Assembly: GCA_964546295.1 (NCBI GenBank)
Contig: CAZJJJ010000001.1
Location: 1-35,574, forward strand
DNA length: 35,574 nucleotides
Direction: 5' to 3'
Source of the DNA: an uncultured Methanosarcinales archaeon
Lineage (GTDB): Archaea; Nanobdellota; Nanobdellia; Woesearchaeales; CAZJJJ01
Each line of letters opens with the position of its first letter. Within the stretch, counting starts at the first letter, position 1. The notes under the pieces are model-generated. The model worked only from the letters and a program-made list of their open reading frames with translations, was not told the origin of the DNA and did no database searches. The position numbers and the translations under genes are program-made. Shown here in pieces: positions 8,832 to 16,288 of the stretch.

Positions 8832-9818
8832 ATGGATTATGTCATAAAACACAGCCCTGAAGACTTCTTCGTTGAGGAGATCTTGGGTCATGAACCTGAT
8901 GAAGGTGAAGGATACACCTTATGCTGGATGAAGAAGAGAAATATAGATATGTTCAGCGCGTTAAGAATCATCTCCGAGAGACTGAAGATCCAGAGCAAGG
9001 AGATCGGATATGCAGGTATCAAGGATAAGGTCGCAGTCACTAGCCAGAATATAACATTACCTATCAAGACAAAGCAGTCTTTCATAGGGAAAGATGAGGA
9101 CAACACAGAATTTGCTGATGGGATTACTATAAGATACATCAGGGATGTCAAGGATAGGCTGAACCCGGGAGATCTGGAAGGTAACAGGTTCAATATATGT
9201 GTGAGATCGCTCACAAGAGAGAGAAGCTTCGATGATGTGAAGATACCTAACTTTTTCGGAGAGCAGAGGTTCGGGAAATGCAATCACGTCATCGGCGAGA
9301 TGATCATAAAAAGGGATTTCGAAAGAGCCGCACTCTTGGCCATGGATAGCCAGAAAGATGGTAGACTCATCAGAGAGCATCTTGACAAAGATGAGAAAGA
9401 TTTCATTGGTGCGCTTGGGCGTATTGGGGGAAATATACTTGTCCTCTTCATCCACGCATACCAGAGTCATCTTTGGAACATGATACTTAAGGAGATAATA
9501 AGCAGGAGAGGTCTCGACCAGATCTCGGATAATGATCTGATACCCATCCCAGGCTTCTCCTCTGGAGGAGGTAGGTTCACAGAAGAGTATAGAGATGTAT
9601 TAGACAAAGAAGGAATCTCCGAAAGGGATTTCATAATCAGAGAGATCCCGAAGATCTCCAGCGAAGGTGATAACAGGAAAGCGCTGATGGATATCTCTGA
9701 TCTCTCATACTCGTTCATGCAAGACGATGTCTTCAAAGATAAGCTAATGTGCAAGATATCGTTCTCCTTAGGGAAAGGAAGCTATGCGACAACTGCAATA
9801 GATTTCCTATTCGGGTGA
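8832..9818 (+). CDS. truD: tRNA pseudouridine synthase TruD/Pus7 family
   Basis: 328 aa. DFFVEE near the N-terminus, GYAGIKDKVAVTSQ (catalytic Asp in the GxKD motif), NFFGEQRFG, and LFIHAYQSHLWN. Confidence 0.85.
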   Translation: MDYVIKHSPEDFFVEEILGHEPDEGEGYTLCWMKKRNIDMFSALRIISERLKIQSKEIGYAGIKDKVAVTSQNITLPIKTKQSFIGKDEDNTEFADGITIRYIRDVKDRLNPGDLEGNRFNICVRSLTRERSFDDVKIPNFFGEQRFGKCNHVIGEMIIKRDFERAALLAMDSQKDGRLIREHLDKDEKDFIGALGRIGGNILVLFIHAYQSHLWNMILKEIISRRGLDQISDNDLIPIPGFSSGGGRFTEEYRDVLDKEGISERDFIIREIPKISSEGDNRKALMDISDLSYSFMQDDVFKDKLMCKISFSLGKGSYATTAIDFLFG

Positions 9819-10364
9819 ATCTATGATTGACAAGATGTCTTTCCATACTTCTTCGATGGATTTTGTCCCATCAACCTTGTCAACGATACCTTTATCTCCA
9901 TAGTGCTCAAGTATAGGCTCCGTCTGATCATGATATACCTTCAGTCTCTCTCTTGCAGTATCCTCATTATCGTCGGCCCTTCCTGCACCTTCACCGGCCC
10001 TTCCAATGATCCTCTGGACACATACATCATCAGGCACATCAATCTGGATGACCTTTTCAATGCTCGTGAACTTATCCAGCTCTTGGGCTTGATGCAACGT
10101 CCTTGGGAAACCGTCCAAGAGAAACCCATCTGAACAGTCATCAGTGGACACTCTATCTTTCACCATAGCTATCGTTACATCATCTGGAACCAATTTCCCT
10201 TCATCCATATATTTCTTGGCTTCTTTTCCGAGATCCGTGCCCTTAGAAAGGTTCTCGCGAAATATGTCGCCCGTTGATACATGAGGAATGCTCAATCTCT
10301 CACTTATGTTCTTTGCCTGTGTCCCCTTACCTCCACCAGGAGGTCCTACAATGATCATACGCAT
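9807..10364 (-). CDS. adk: adenylate kinase, short-LID type (AK1/UMP-CMP-kinase-like)
   Basis: IIVGPPGGGKGTQA P-loop, HVSTGDIFRE, GKLVPDD, GFLLDGFPRT, and a short LID GRAGEGAGRADDNEDTARERLKVY. Track start 10382 is GTG. I prefer the ATG at 10364 (MRMIIVG...), which is preceded by GAGGTG plus 5 nt. The 3' end overlaps truD by 12 nt (convergent). Confidence 0.88.
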   Translation of the reverse strand: MRMIIVGPPGGGKGTQAKNISERLSIPHVSTGDIFRENLSKGTDLGKEAKKYMDEGKLVPDDVTIAMVKDRVSTDDCSDGFLLDGFPRTLHQAQELDKFTSIEKVIQIDVPDDVCVQRIIGRAGEGAGRADDNEDTARERLKVYHDQTEPILEHYGDKGIVDKVDGTKSIEEVWKDILSIIDSPE

Positions 10365-10447
10365 AAAAACACCTCTTCCCACTTAACGATATCAGAAGAA
10401 TGCAGTCATCTTCTTTATATTGTTTTCCAAAAGGATCAATGATATGA

Positions 10448-10978
10448 CTATCCGAAATACTCTTCGGCAACGTATGGAGATATCTTCTTCTTCCATGTCT
10501 TCATCCTCAGGGAGGCAACATCTTTCATCTCCGTATTGATCTTAGCAAGATGCTTGAAATACATGGAGATGTACCTGGCATCCTGTTCCGCGGACTTCTC
10601 TATGTCAAGATACTCAGCAGTCCTAACCATATACATTAGCTTCTGATAGAGATTGAACATCTTTTTCTTCCGGGTCTCTGTTATGTATGTGCACTCATGC
10701 AAGAGAGATATGGATGTGTCGGGGTTGAGCATGTCTTCTATCATGCTGGCATGATTATCCACCCTGTTCTTTATCTTGTTACGGATCAATCGGAGTATGA
10801 ACTTGTCACCATCCGATGTTGAAATCTCGAGCTCCTTGTCAACATCATCGAAAGGGGGTAATGAATACCTCTTAGCATATTCCTCATAGAACTTCTTCGC
10901 GTCACCCGACCCCATAGTCGCAGGATAAATGATGTTATTATAAATATTTCTGTAGTCAAAAGAAGATTCATGGAACAC
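10448..10978 (-). CDS. hypothetical protein (predicted all-helical, no motif recognised)
   Basis: 176-aa ORF on the strand consistent with a shared bidirectional TATA at 11006-11014. Track start is GTG at 10978; the first in-frame ATG is 21 codons in. Confidence 0.5.
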   Translation of the reverse strand: MFHESSFDYRNIYNNIIYPATMGSGDAKKFYEEYAKRYSLPPFDDVDKELEISTSDGDKFILRLIRNKIKNRVDNHASMIEDMLNPDTSISLLHECTYITETRKKKMFNLYQKLMYMVRTAEYLDIEKSAEQDARYISMYFKHLAKINTEMKDVASLRMKTWKKKISPYVAEEYFG

Positions 10979-11005
10979 AATGCAACCGTGGCGTCTTAAG
11001 CAAAA

Positions 11006-11014
11006 TTTTTAAAG
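11006..11014. promoter_or_regulatory. shared bidirectional TATA element
   Basis: TTTTTAAAG (reverse complement CTTTAAAAA) sits 23 nt from the ATG at 11036 and 28 nt from the GTG at 10978. Confidence 0.45.
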
Positions 11015-11035
11015 CGTTGACCCATCCTGACATAC

Positions 11036-12025
11036 ATGTCTCTTCAGGATACCGTACACGAGATTGTGAAAGAGAAAGGACCTGTTCTACCAGCAGAGAT
11101 TGTCTCCGAGGTCACTAGAAGGACTGGTCAGCAGAGAGACATGTTCTTTATCGGGGCGATCCTTTCAGAGCTCATGTCCGGCGGGAGTGTGAAGATGACG
11201 ACCGCAAAGATCGGAGGTTCTAGGCTATACTATGTCTCCGGGCAAGAGGATCGTCTGACAAAGTTATACGATTACCTCAACGAGAAGGAGAAGAAAGCCT
11301 ACAAGCTATTAGAAGAGAAGAAGGTTCTGAGAGGGAACGAACAAGAACCTGTGGTAAGGGTTGCATTGAGCCAGCTCAAAGATTTCTCAAAACCCATAGA
11401 GGTGAAGCTTAAAGATACTGAGACGTTCTGGAGATGGTATCTTTTCCCTGTCGAAGATGCAAAGAAGATGATAAAAGATATGGTGTCGAACGAGCTGCAG
11501 AACTTGAAAGGGGATTCAAAAGAGGCCCCACAGATTGATGCTCCAGCACCTCAAGGCGAAAGGCCATCACCACAACCCAAGGAGCAAAAACAGCAAGAAC
11601 CAGAAAGAAAAAAAGATGATAAGCCTAACAAAAATGAGGAGCAATCATTCATCACACAAGTCAAGGAAAGCAAGGACAAGCAATCAAGACTCGACGAGAC
11701 AGACAATCATGACGATGAGTTCCTGGAAAAGACACGGAACTTCCTAAAGGATAAGGGGATAAGGATCATCTCTTCGGCACCGCTGAAGAAAGGTTCGGAG
11801 TGTGAACTCGAGATCGAGACAGAGACTCCTGTAGGAAAGATGAGGCTCTATGCCTTCGCGAAGTCAAAGAAGAAGCTCAACGAGAATGATCTTGGATTTG
11901 CGTACATACGTGCCAAGAACAGGAATCTCGGCCTATGCTTCATCACCCCGGGAGAGCTCACAAAGAAAGCCAAAGAGATGTTAGATGATGAGCTCAGATC
12001 CATATCATTCTTAGAGATGAGGTGA
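11036..12025 (+). CDS. hypothetical protein: N-terminal tandem winged-helix-like region, K/E/Q/P-rich linker, C-terminal PD-(D/E)xK-like module
   Basis: 329 aa with an ATG 23 nt after the TATA. The N-terminal ~110 aa look like two wH units (VHEIVKEKGPVLPAEIVSEV..., LNEKEKKAYKLLEEKKVL...). Residues ~165-225 are low complexity. The C-terminus, SECELEIETETPVGKMRLYAFAKSKKKLNENDLGFAY...CFITPGELTKKA, resembles a restriction-endonuclease-like core. The domain calls are weak. Confidence 0.55.
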   Translation: MSLQDTVHEIVKEKGPVLPAEIVSEVTRRTGQQRDMFFIGAILSELMSGGSVKMTTAKIGGSRLYYVSGQEDRLTKLYDYLNEKEKKAYKLLEEKKVLRGNEQEPVVRVALSQLKDFSKPIEVKLKDTETFWRWYLFPVEDAKKMIKDMVSNELQNLKGDSKEAPQIDAPAPQGERPSPQPKEQKQQEPERKKDDKPNKNEEQSFITQVKESKDKQSRLDETDNHDDEFLEKTRNFLKDKGIRIISSAPLKKGSECELEIETETPVGKMRLYAFAKSKKKLNENDLGFAYIRAKNRNLGLCFITPGELTKKAKEMLDDELRSISFLEMR

Positions 12026-12579
12026 TTATCGTTTTTATACGTCAGAAGACCATATACAACAGGCCATATGCATATCTCGTCAGTACGAGATGGGATAAGA
12101 GATCAAAGAAGGTAAAGCAGAAAGTCTCGAAATATCTTGGCAAGATAATGAAACTAGAGAGAGTACGAGACTCATCATTCTTAGAATATTTCGCGTCCAT
12201 AGATGATATAGAGGAATATACGCGAAGGAACAGCATGGAAGATATCATAAAAGATCTTGTCGAGCTCGAACTCTACAGGCACGGATATCTCAGGAGAGAG
12301 GGTGATGGAAGAGTGATGGTGAATGGAGAGCATGAGATTGACATAGAAGGTCTTGACAACCTGAAAGGTGTATTCTCATTGAACGAAGGCTTTCTTGCTA
12401 AAGAGACCATAAGAGGCATAAGAGACTATGATAAGATATTCAAGAAGGCAGAGGATAGATACCCATTTGATTTTGCGGCACTATTCGTAAATGCTGGAAT
12501 CAACATCGATAAGGAGTTGTTCATCTCTCTATATAGGCGATGTTTTCCTGATTTCTCGGAAAATAGACATAGTGCCTAA
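12022..12579 (+). CDS. hypothetical protein with a transposase-N-terminal-like YxYLVxSxR..K.KQK...YLGK module
   Basis: 185 aa. The GTG start overlaps the upstream stop (GTGA), implying translational coupling. The N-terminus KTIYNRPYAYLVSTRWDKRSKKVKQKVSKYLGKI resembles, from memory, the N-terminal hairpin module of IS1634/IS4-type transposases. No DDE domain follows. Confidence 0.55.
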   Translation: MIIVFIRQKTIYNRPYAYLVSTRWDKRSKKVKQKVSKYLGKIMKLERVRDSSFLEYFASIDDIEEYTRRNSMEDIIKDLVELELYRHGYLRREGDGRVMVNGEHEIDIEGLDNLKGVFSLNEGFLAKETIRGIRDYDKIFKKAEDRYPFDFAALFVNAGINIDKELFISLYRRCFPDFSENRHSA

Positions 12580-12593
12580 AAACTGGAGAAAGC

Positions 12594-12601
12594 TTTTAAA
12601 T
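12594..12601 (+). promoter_or_regulatory. fen1 TATA box
   Basis: gaaagcTTTTAAATca, 24 nt upstream of the ATG at 12625. Confidence 0.5.
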
Positions 12602-12624
12602 CATAAGCACGTCGTGATACGGGT

Positions 12625-13653
12625 ATGGGAGTCAAGATCTCTGAACTGGTGAACGGAAAACAGGTAACTGTCGACGAGTTGAAGGGAAAAACTCTTGCAG
12701 TCGATGCCTTCAATATGCTCTACCAGTTCATAACCACAATACGACAGCCTGATGGTTCACCACTCACCGACTCTAAAGGTAGGACGACATCCCATCTTAT
12801 AGGATTATTCTACAGACTGACAAACCTGCTGAAAAAAGATGTCAGGTTTGTGTTCGTGTTCGATGGTGAAAGCCATGAATTGAAGCAGGCAGAGACAAGA
12901 CGAAGAGCAGATATCAAGCAGAAAGCAGAGGAGATGTACAAAGAAGCTAAAGAAGTGGAAGACCTGGAACAGATGAAGAAGTATGCATCAAGGACAGCAA
13001 GACTCTCAAAAGAGATGATTCAAGAATCGAAGGATCTGATTAGTGCAATGGGAATTCCTTTCATAGAAGCCCCCTCCGAAGGTGAGGCGCAATGTGCGAA
13101 GATTGTCAGGGATGGTAACGCATATGCTGTCATGAGTCAAGATGCAGATTCTATGCTATTCGGTGCGCCAAGGATAATAAAGAATCTATCCATATCACAG
13201 AGGAGGAAAAAACACAATTCTTTGGGTTCGGAGAAGACACAGCCTTTGATGATAGAACTGAAAGATGTCTTAGAGGAGTTACAGATAGATCAGGAAAGAC
13301 TTATCATAATGGGAATCCTGATAGGGACGGATTTCAATCCGGGAGGCATAAAAGGTATCGGACCAAAGAAGGCATTGAGATTAGTGAAAGAATATGAGGA
13401 GCCAAACAAGATTTTTGAAGAGCTAGGTTGGGATGACCATTTCGAACACGATTGGACGGACATACTCCAGATATTCAAAGAATCACATAGCACAGGTAGT
13501 TATGATATCTCACAGAAATCGTTTGACAAGGAGAAGGTGGTTAATATTCTCGTACGAGAGCACGATTTCTCGGAAGAGCGTATCGGAAACATATGTGATG
13601 AGCTCTCAGCATCTACTGAAAAAGAACAAAAAGCATTGGAAGATTTTTTCTGA
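12625..13653 (+). CDS. fen: flap endonuclease 1 (FEN1)
   Basis: 342 aa. MGVKISELV...LKGKTLAVDAFNMLYQF, FVFDG, IEAPSEGEAQCA, VMSQDADSMLFG, GTDFNPGGIKGIGPKKA (H3TH), and a C-terminal PIP-like QKALEDFF. Confidence 0.95.
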   Translation: MGVKISELVNGKQVTVDELKGKTLAVDAFNMLYQFITTIRQPDGSPLTDSKGRTTSHLIGLFYRLTNLLKKDVRFVFVFDGESHELKQAETRRRADIKQKAEEMYKEAKEVEDLEQMKKYASRTARLSKEMIQESKDLISAMGIPFIEAPSEGEAQCAKIVRDGNAYAVMSQDADSMLFGAPRIIKNLSISQRRKKHNSLGSEKTQPLMIELKDVLEELQIDQERLIIMGILIGTDFNPGGIKGIGPKKALRLVKEYEEPNKIFEELGWDDHFEHDWTDILQIFKESHSTGSYDISQKSFDKEKVVNILVREHDFSEERIGNICDELSASTEKEQKALEDFF

Positions 13654-13693
13654 TATGACAAATATTTTATATTGAACCAGACCACAAGAGAGT

Positions 13694-14752
13694 ATGAGCC
13701 TATCAGTAAAAGTGAGAGCAAGGGATGCTGAAAGAACAAAGAAAGAGCTCGATAGAAACGGATGTCTTGACAAGAGCAGAAAAATCCACGAAGAAGAGGG
13801 CTACATATTCATACCTATTTCTGGTAAGAAAGGATGTGATATATCATCCGAGCATAGTTTCTCAAGGAAAAAGCTCATACAGAAAAACAAAAACGAGGGA
13901 TTCAAGGAAAGGATCATCAGATTCCTATCGTCTGAGGAAAAGGAGAGGGTTAAGACTTCCTATGACATTGTGGGTGATCTAGCAATACTCGAGATAGACG
14001 AAGACCTAAGAAAGAGAGAAAAGAAAATTGCGGAAGCACTGCTAGAGAGCAATAAGGTAGTGAATGGTGTCTTCAGGAAAAGCAGCGCACATGAAGGCAA
14101 ATACAGGACACAGAAGCTCAAATATCTTGCAGGAGAGCAACGTCTTGAGACCATGCATAAAGAGAACGGGATAAGGTTAAAACTAGATATAGAAAAAGTG
14201 TATTTCTCTGTTAGGCAGAGCACAGAACGAAAACGAATTGCTGAGAAAGTGAGAGATCAAGAGAAGGTGCTCGTGCTATTCTCGGGCTGCGGACCTTTCC
14301 CTTGCGTGATTGCCAAGCGAAGCAGTCCGAAGTTCATCTGCGGGGTGGAGATCAATCCGATAGGTCATAGATACGCGATTGAGAATGTGGAGCTGAACAG
14401 GCTTGACAATATCTACCTGCTCAATGAAGATGCCAAGAATGTCGATAAGATAAGGGAAAGTTTTGCACACATAGCTGAGCATGACGGATATTTTGACAGG
14501 ATAATAATGCCACATCCATCTGATTGTGAGAGTTTCCTGCCGTACGCTCTGGAGTTCGCAAAGGATGGTACTGTGATTGACCTTTACACTTTCTCTGATG
14601 AGGATAAGATCAAAGAGAAGGAAGTATCAATGCACGAGAGTTGCATTGAACTTGGATGGAAAAGCAGCATTAACGAAAGCGTCTTATGCGGACAACATTC
14701 GCCTGGAAAGTTCAGGATATGTATAGAATTCAAGGTCAAGAAAAATAAATGA
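13694..14752 (+). CDS. trm5: tRNA (guanine37-N1)-methyltransferase Trm5/Taw22 family (Met-10+ like, class I SAM MTase)
   Basis: 352 aa. SYDIVGDLAILEI, NGIRLKLDIEKVYFS...ERKRI, a SAM-binding VLVLFSGCGPFPCVIAK, and the catalytic-region IIMPHP. Confidence 0.8.
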   Translation: MSLSVKVRARDAERTKKELDRNGCLDKSRKIHEEEGYIFIPISGKKGCDISSEHSFSRKKLIQKNKNEGFKERIIRFLSSEEKERVKTSYDIVGDLAILEIDEDLRKREKKIAEALLESNKVVNGVFRKSSAHEGKYRTQKLKYLAGEQRLETMHKENGIRLKLDIEKVYFSVRQSTERKRIAEKVRDQEKVLVLFSGCGPFPCVIAKRSSPKFICGVEINPIGHRYAIENVELNRLDNIYLLNEDAKNVDKIRESFAHIAEHDGYFDRIIMPHPSDCESFLPYALEFAKDGTVIDLYTFSDEDKIKEKEVSMHESCIELGWKSSINESVLCGQHSPGKFRICIEFKVKKNK

Positions 14753-14816
14753 TTCGCTCAGCAGTTACTCCTCTCATCACATGTCAGATGGTGTTCACTT
14801 CATCACAGCAAATCTC

Positions 14817-15974
14817 TTAACCATACATTCTTGTATGGTCTATAGTATCAGATTTTTCTTCTGCCTCTACCTTCTTTATGGCTTCAAAGAAGTCCTTATT
14901 CGATACCTTGCCTCTATTATCTCTTATGGCGAAATAACCAGCTTCAGTACATACAGATTTTATATCTGCACCAGACAGATTCTCCATATTCTTTACGATG
15001 GTATGATAATTTATGTCGTCTGTAAGCGGCATGGAAGATGTATGTATCTTGAATATCTCTAACCTTGCCTCTTTTCCAGGATAATCTACAGATATCAATC
15101 TGTCCAACCTTCCTGGTCGGGTTATGGCAGGATCCAATATATCCTTCCTGTTCGTACAACCGATTATCTTGACATCGTCTAGGGGTTTGAAACCGTCAAT
15201 CTCAGAGAGAAGCTGCATAAAAGTCCTCTGGACCTCTCTTTCGCCCGATGTGCCAACCTCAATCCTGCTGGCCGCAAGAGCGTCAAGCTCGTCAATGAAG
15301 ATTATAGAAGGTGATCTCTCTCTCGCCAGTTCGAAAATCTCCTTCACCAGCTTCGCACCCTCACCAATGAACTTCTGAACCAACTCAGATCCAACGACCT
15401 CGATGAACGTAGAATGCGTCGATGCAGCGACCGCTTTTGCCATCAGTGTCTTTCCAGTTCCTGGAGGGCCGTGGAGAAGGACGCCTTTTGGTGGCTGTAT
15501 GCCCATCTTCTTGAATAGTTTAGGTTTAGTCAATGGAAGCTCTATGACCTCTTTCAATTCATTCGCTTCATGATGCAATCCGCCGACCTCATTCCATTTT
15601 ATCTTCGGCTTCTCGATTATGACATACTTCTCTACGTTGAAATTCTTTACAGAATCTACTTTCTTTATCACGGTGAGGTTCTTCTGCTCGCATAAGATAG
15701 AATCAGAAGGTCTGAGCTCTTCACACTCCTTGGATAGACCCACAACAAACTGGTTTCCGTTAGGTGCCTTTATCATGGCATTTTCGCCCACATAATCGAC
15801 GAACTCACACACCATGTATGGGGTCTGCTTGAACCTTTCAAGCTCCAATCTGAGCCGAGAAACAGTCTCTTTGAGTATTTTGTTCTCCTCCTCATACTGG
15901 TTCACGTCAGCACTGTAGCCGTACATTACCTTGTCCAGATCCTCTTTGTGTGTGTTCTCATCATTCACAGCCAT
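14817..15974 (-). CDS. pan: proteasome-activating nucleotidase PAN (AAA+ ATPase)
   Basis: 385 aa. N-terminal coiled coil (EENKILKETVSRLRLELERFK), an OB region, Walker A GPPGTGKT, Walker B IIFIDELD, the second region of homology, and a C-terminal HbYX-type tail ...RMYG. Confidence 0.92.
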   Translation of the reverse strand: MAVNDENTHKEDLDKVMYGYSADVNQYEEENKILKETVSRLRLELERFKQTPYMVCEFVDYVGENAMIKAPNGNQFVVGLSKECEELRPSDSILCEQKNLTVIKKVDSVKNFNVEKYVIIEKPKIKWNEVGGLHHEANELKEVIELPLTKPKLFKKMGIQPPKGVLLHGPPGTGKTLMAKAVAASTHSTFIEVVGSELVQKFIGEGAKLVKEIFELARERSPSIIFIDELDALAASRIEVGTSGEREVQRTFMQLLSEIDGFKPLDDVKIIGCTNRKDILDPAITRPGRLDRLISVDYPGKEARLEIFKIHTSSMPLTDDINYHTIVKNMENLSGADIKSVCTEAGYFAIRDNRGKVSNKDFFEAIKKVEAEEKSDTIDHTRMYG

Positions 15975-16112
15975 ACCTATAACCTCACAACAAGACTTTC
16001 CAAAAATAACTGGTTTTTATAAATCTTTTTGTGAACCCTTCTTTAGTGAGAACCCTTAGCCAGAATCGTTATCTTTTAGGAAATCACTCTCTCATCGGTA
16101 CAGTTAAAACAA

Positions 16113-16178
16113 GCCGTCTAGACGCGTCTAGACGCCCATGGGCGCGCCCGTAGTCGACCATGGGCGCGTCTAGACGGC
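16113..16178. repeat. GC-rich composite palindrome / long hairpin built from CGTCTAGACG units
   Basis: GCCGTCTAGACGCG[TCTAGACG]CCCATGG - gcgcgcccgtagtcga - CCATGGGCGCGTCTAGACGGC. This gives 21 complementary bp, interrupted by an 8-nt bulge that is a tandem copy of TCTAGACG. G+C is far above the flanking DNA. Confidence 0.85.
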
Positions 16179-16230
16179 CATAAAGCAAATTTGGAGAGAG
16201 CGCATAAAACAACAGAATTTGCAACAATTA

Positions 16231-16254
16231 GCCGTCTAGATGCATCCAGACGGC
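16231..16254. repeat. second GC-rich hairpin sharing the GCCGTCTAGA arm (possible terminator of the HTH gene)
   Basis: GCCGTCTAGA-tgca-TCCAGACGGC, a 10-bp stem with one mismatch. On the minus strand it lies 35 nt after the stop of the 16289..17110 gene and is followed by a T-rich stretch. Confidence 0.7.
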
Positions 16255-16288
16255 CGTCCGATTTTTGGAGAATTTTGCTAAAATCACA

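Noticed and set aside
16113-16122. GCCGTCTAGA resembles the Neisseria DNA uptake sequence GCCGTCTGAA.
   Set aside because: The match is partial, in an unrelated archaeal context. It is most simply a coincidence of a GC-rich palindrome.
16113-16178. Hairpin 1 as an H/ACA guide sRNA or a split-tRNA half with a GC-rich pairing leader.
   Set aside because: There is no two-sided pseudouridylation pocket (the bulge is on one strand only), no clear K-turn, and no ACA box at the proper distance. No D-arm, anticodon or T-arm sequence lies adjacent.
16113-16254. The restriction-site-dense stretch (XbaI, MluI, NcoI, AscI, SalI, NsiI, EagI sites) looks like a cloning-vector polylinker or assembly contaminant.
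   Set aside because: A related unit (13/15 nt) occurs in-frame inside the neighbouring CDS at 16641-16655. The flanks are contiguous native AT-rich sequence with a normal promoter and terminator context. Contamination cannot be fully excluded without reads, so the check is listed in the finding.
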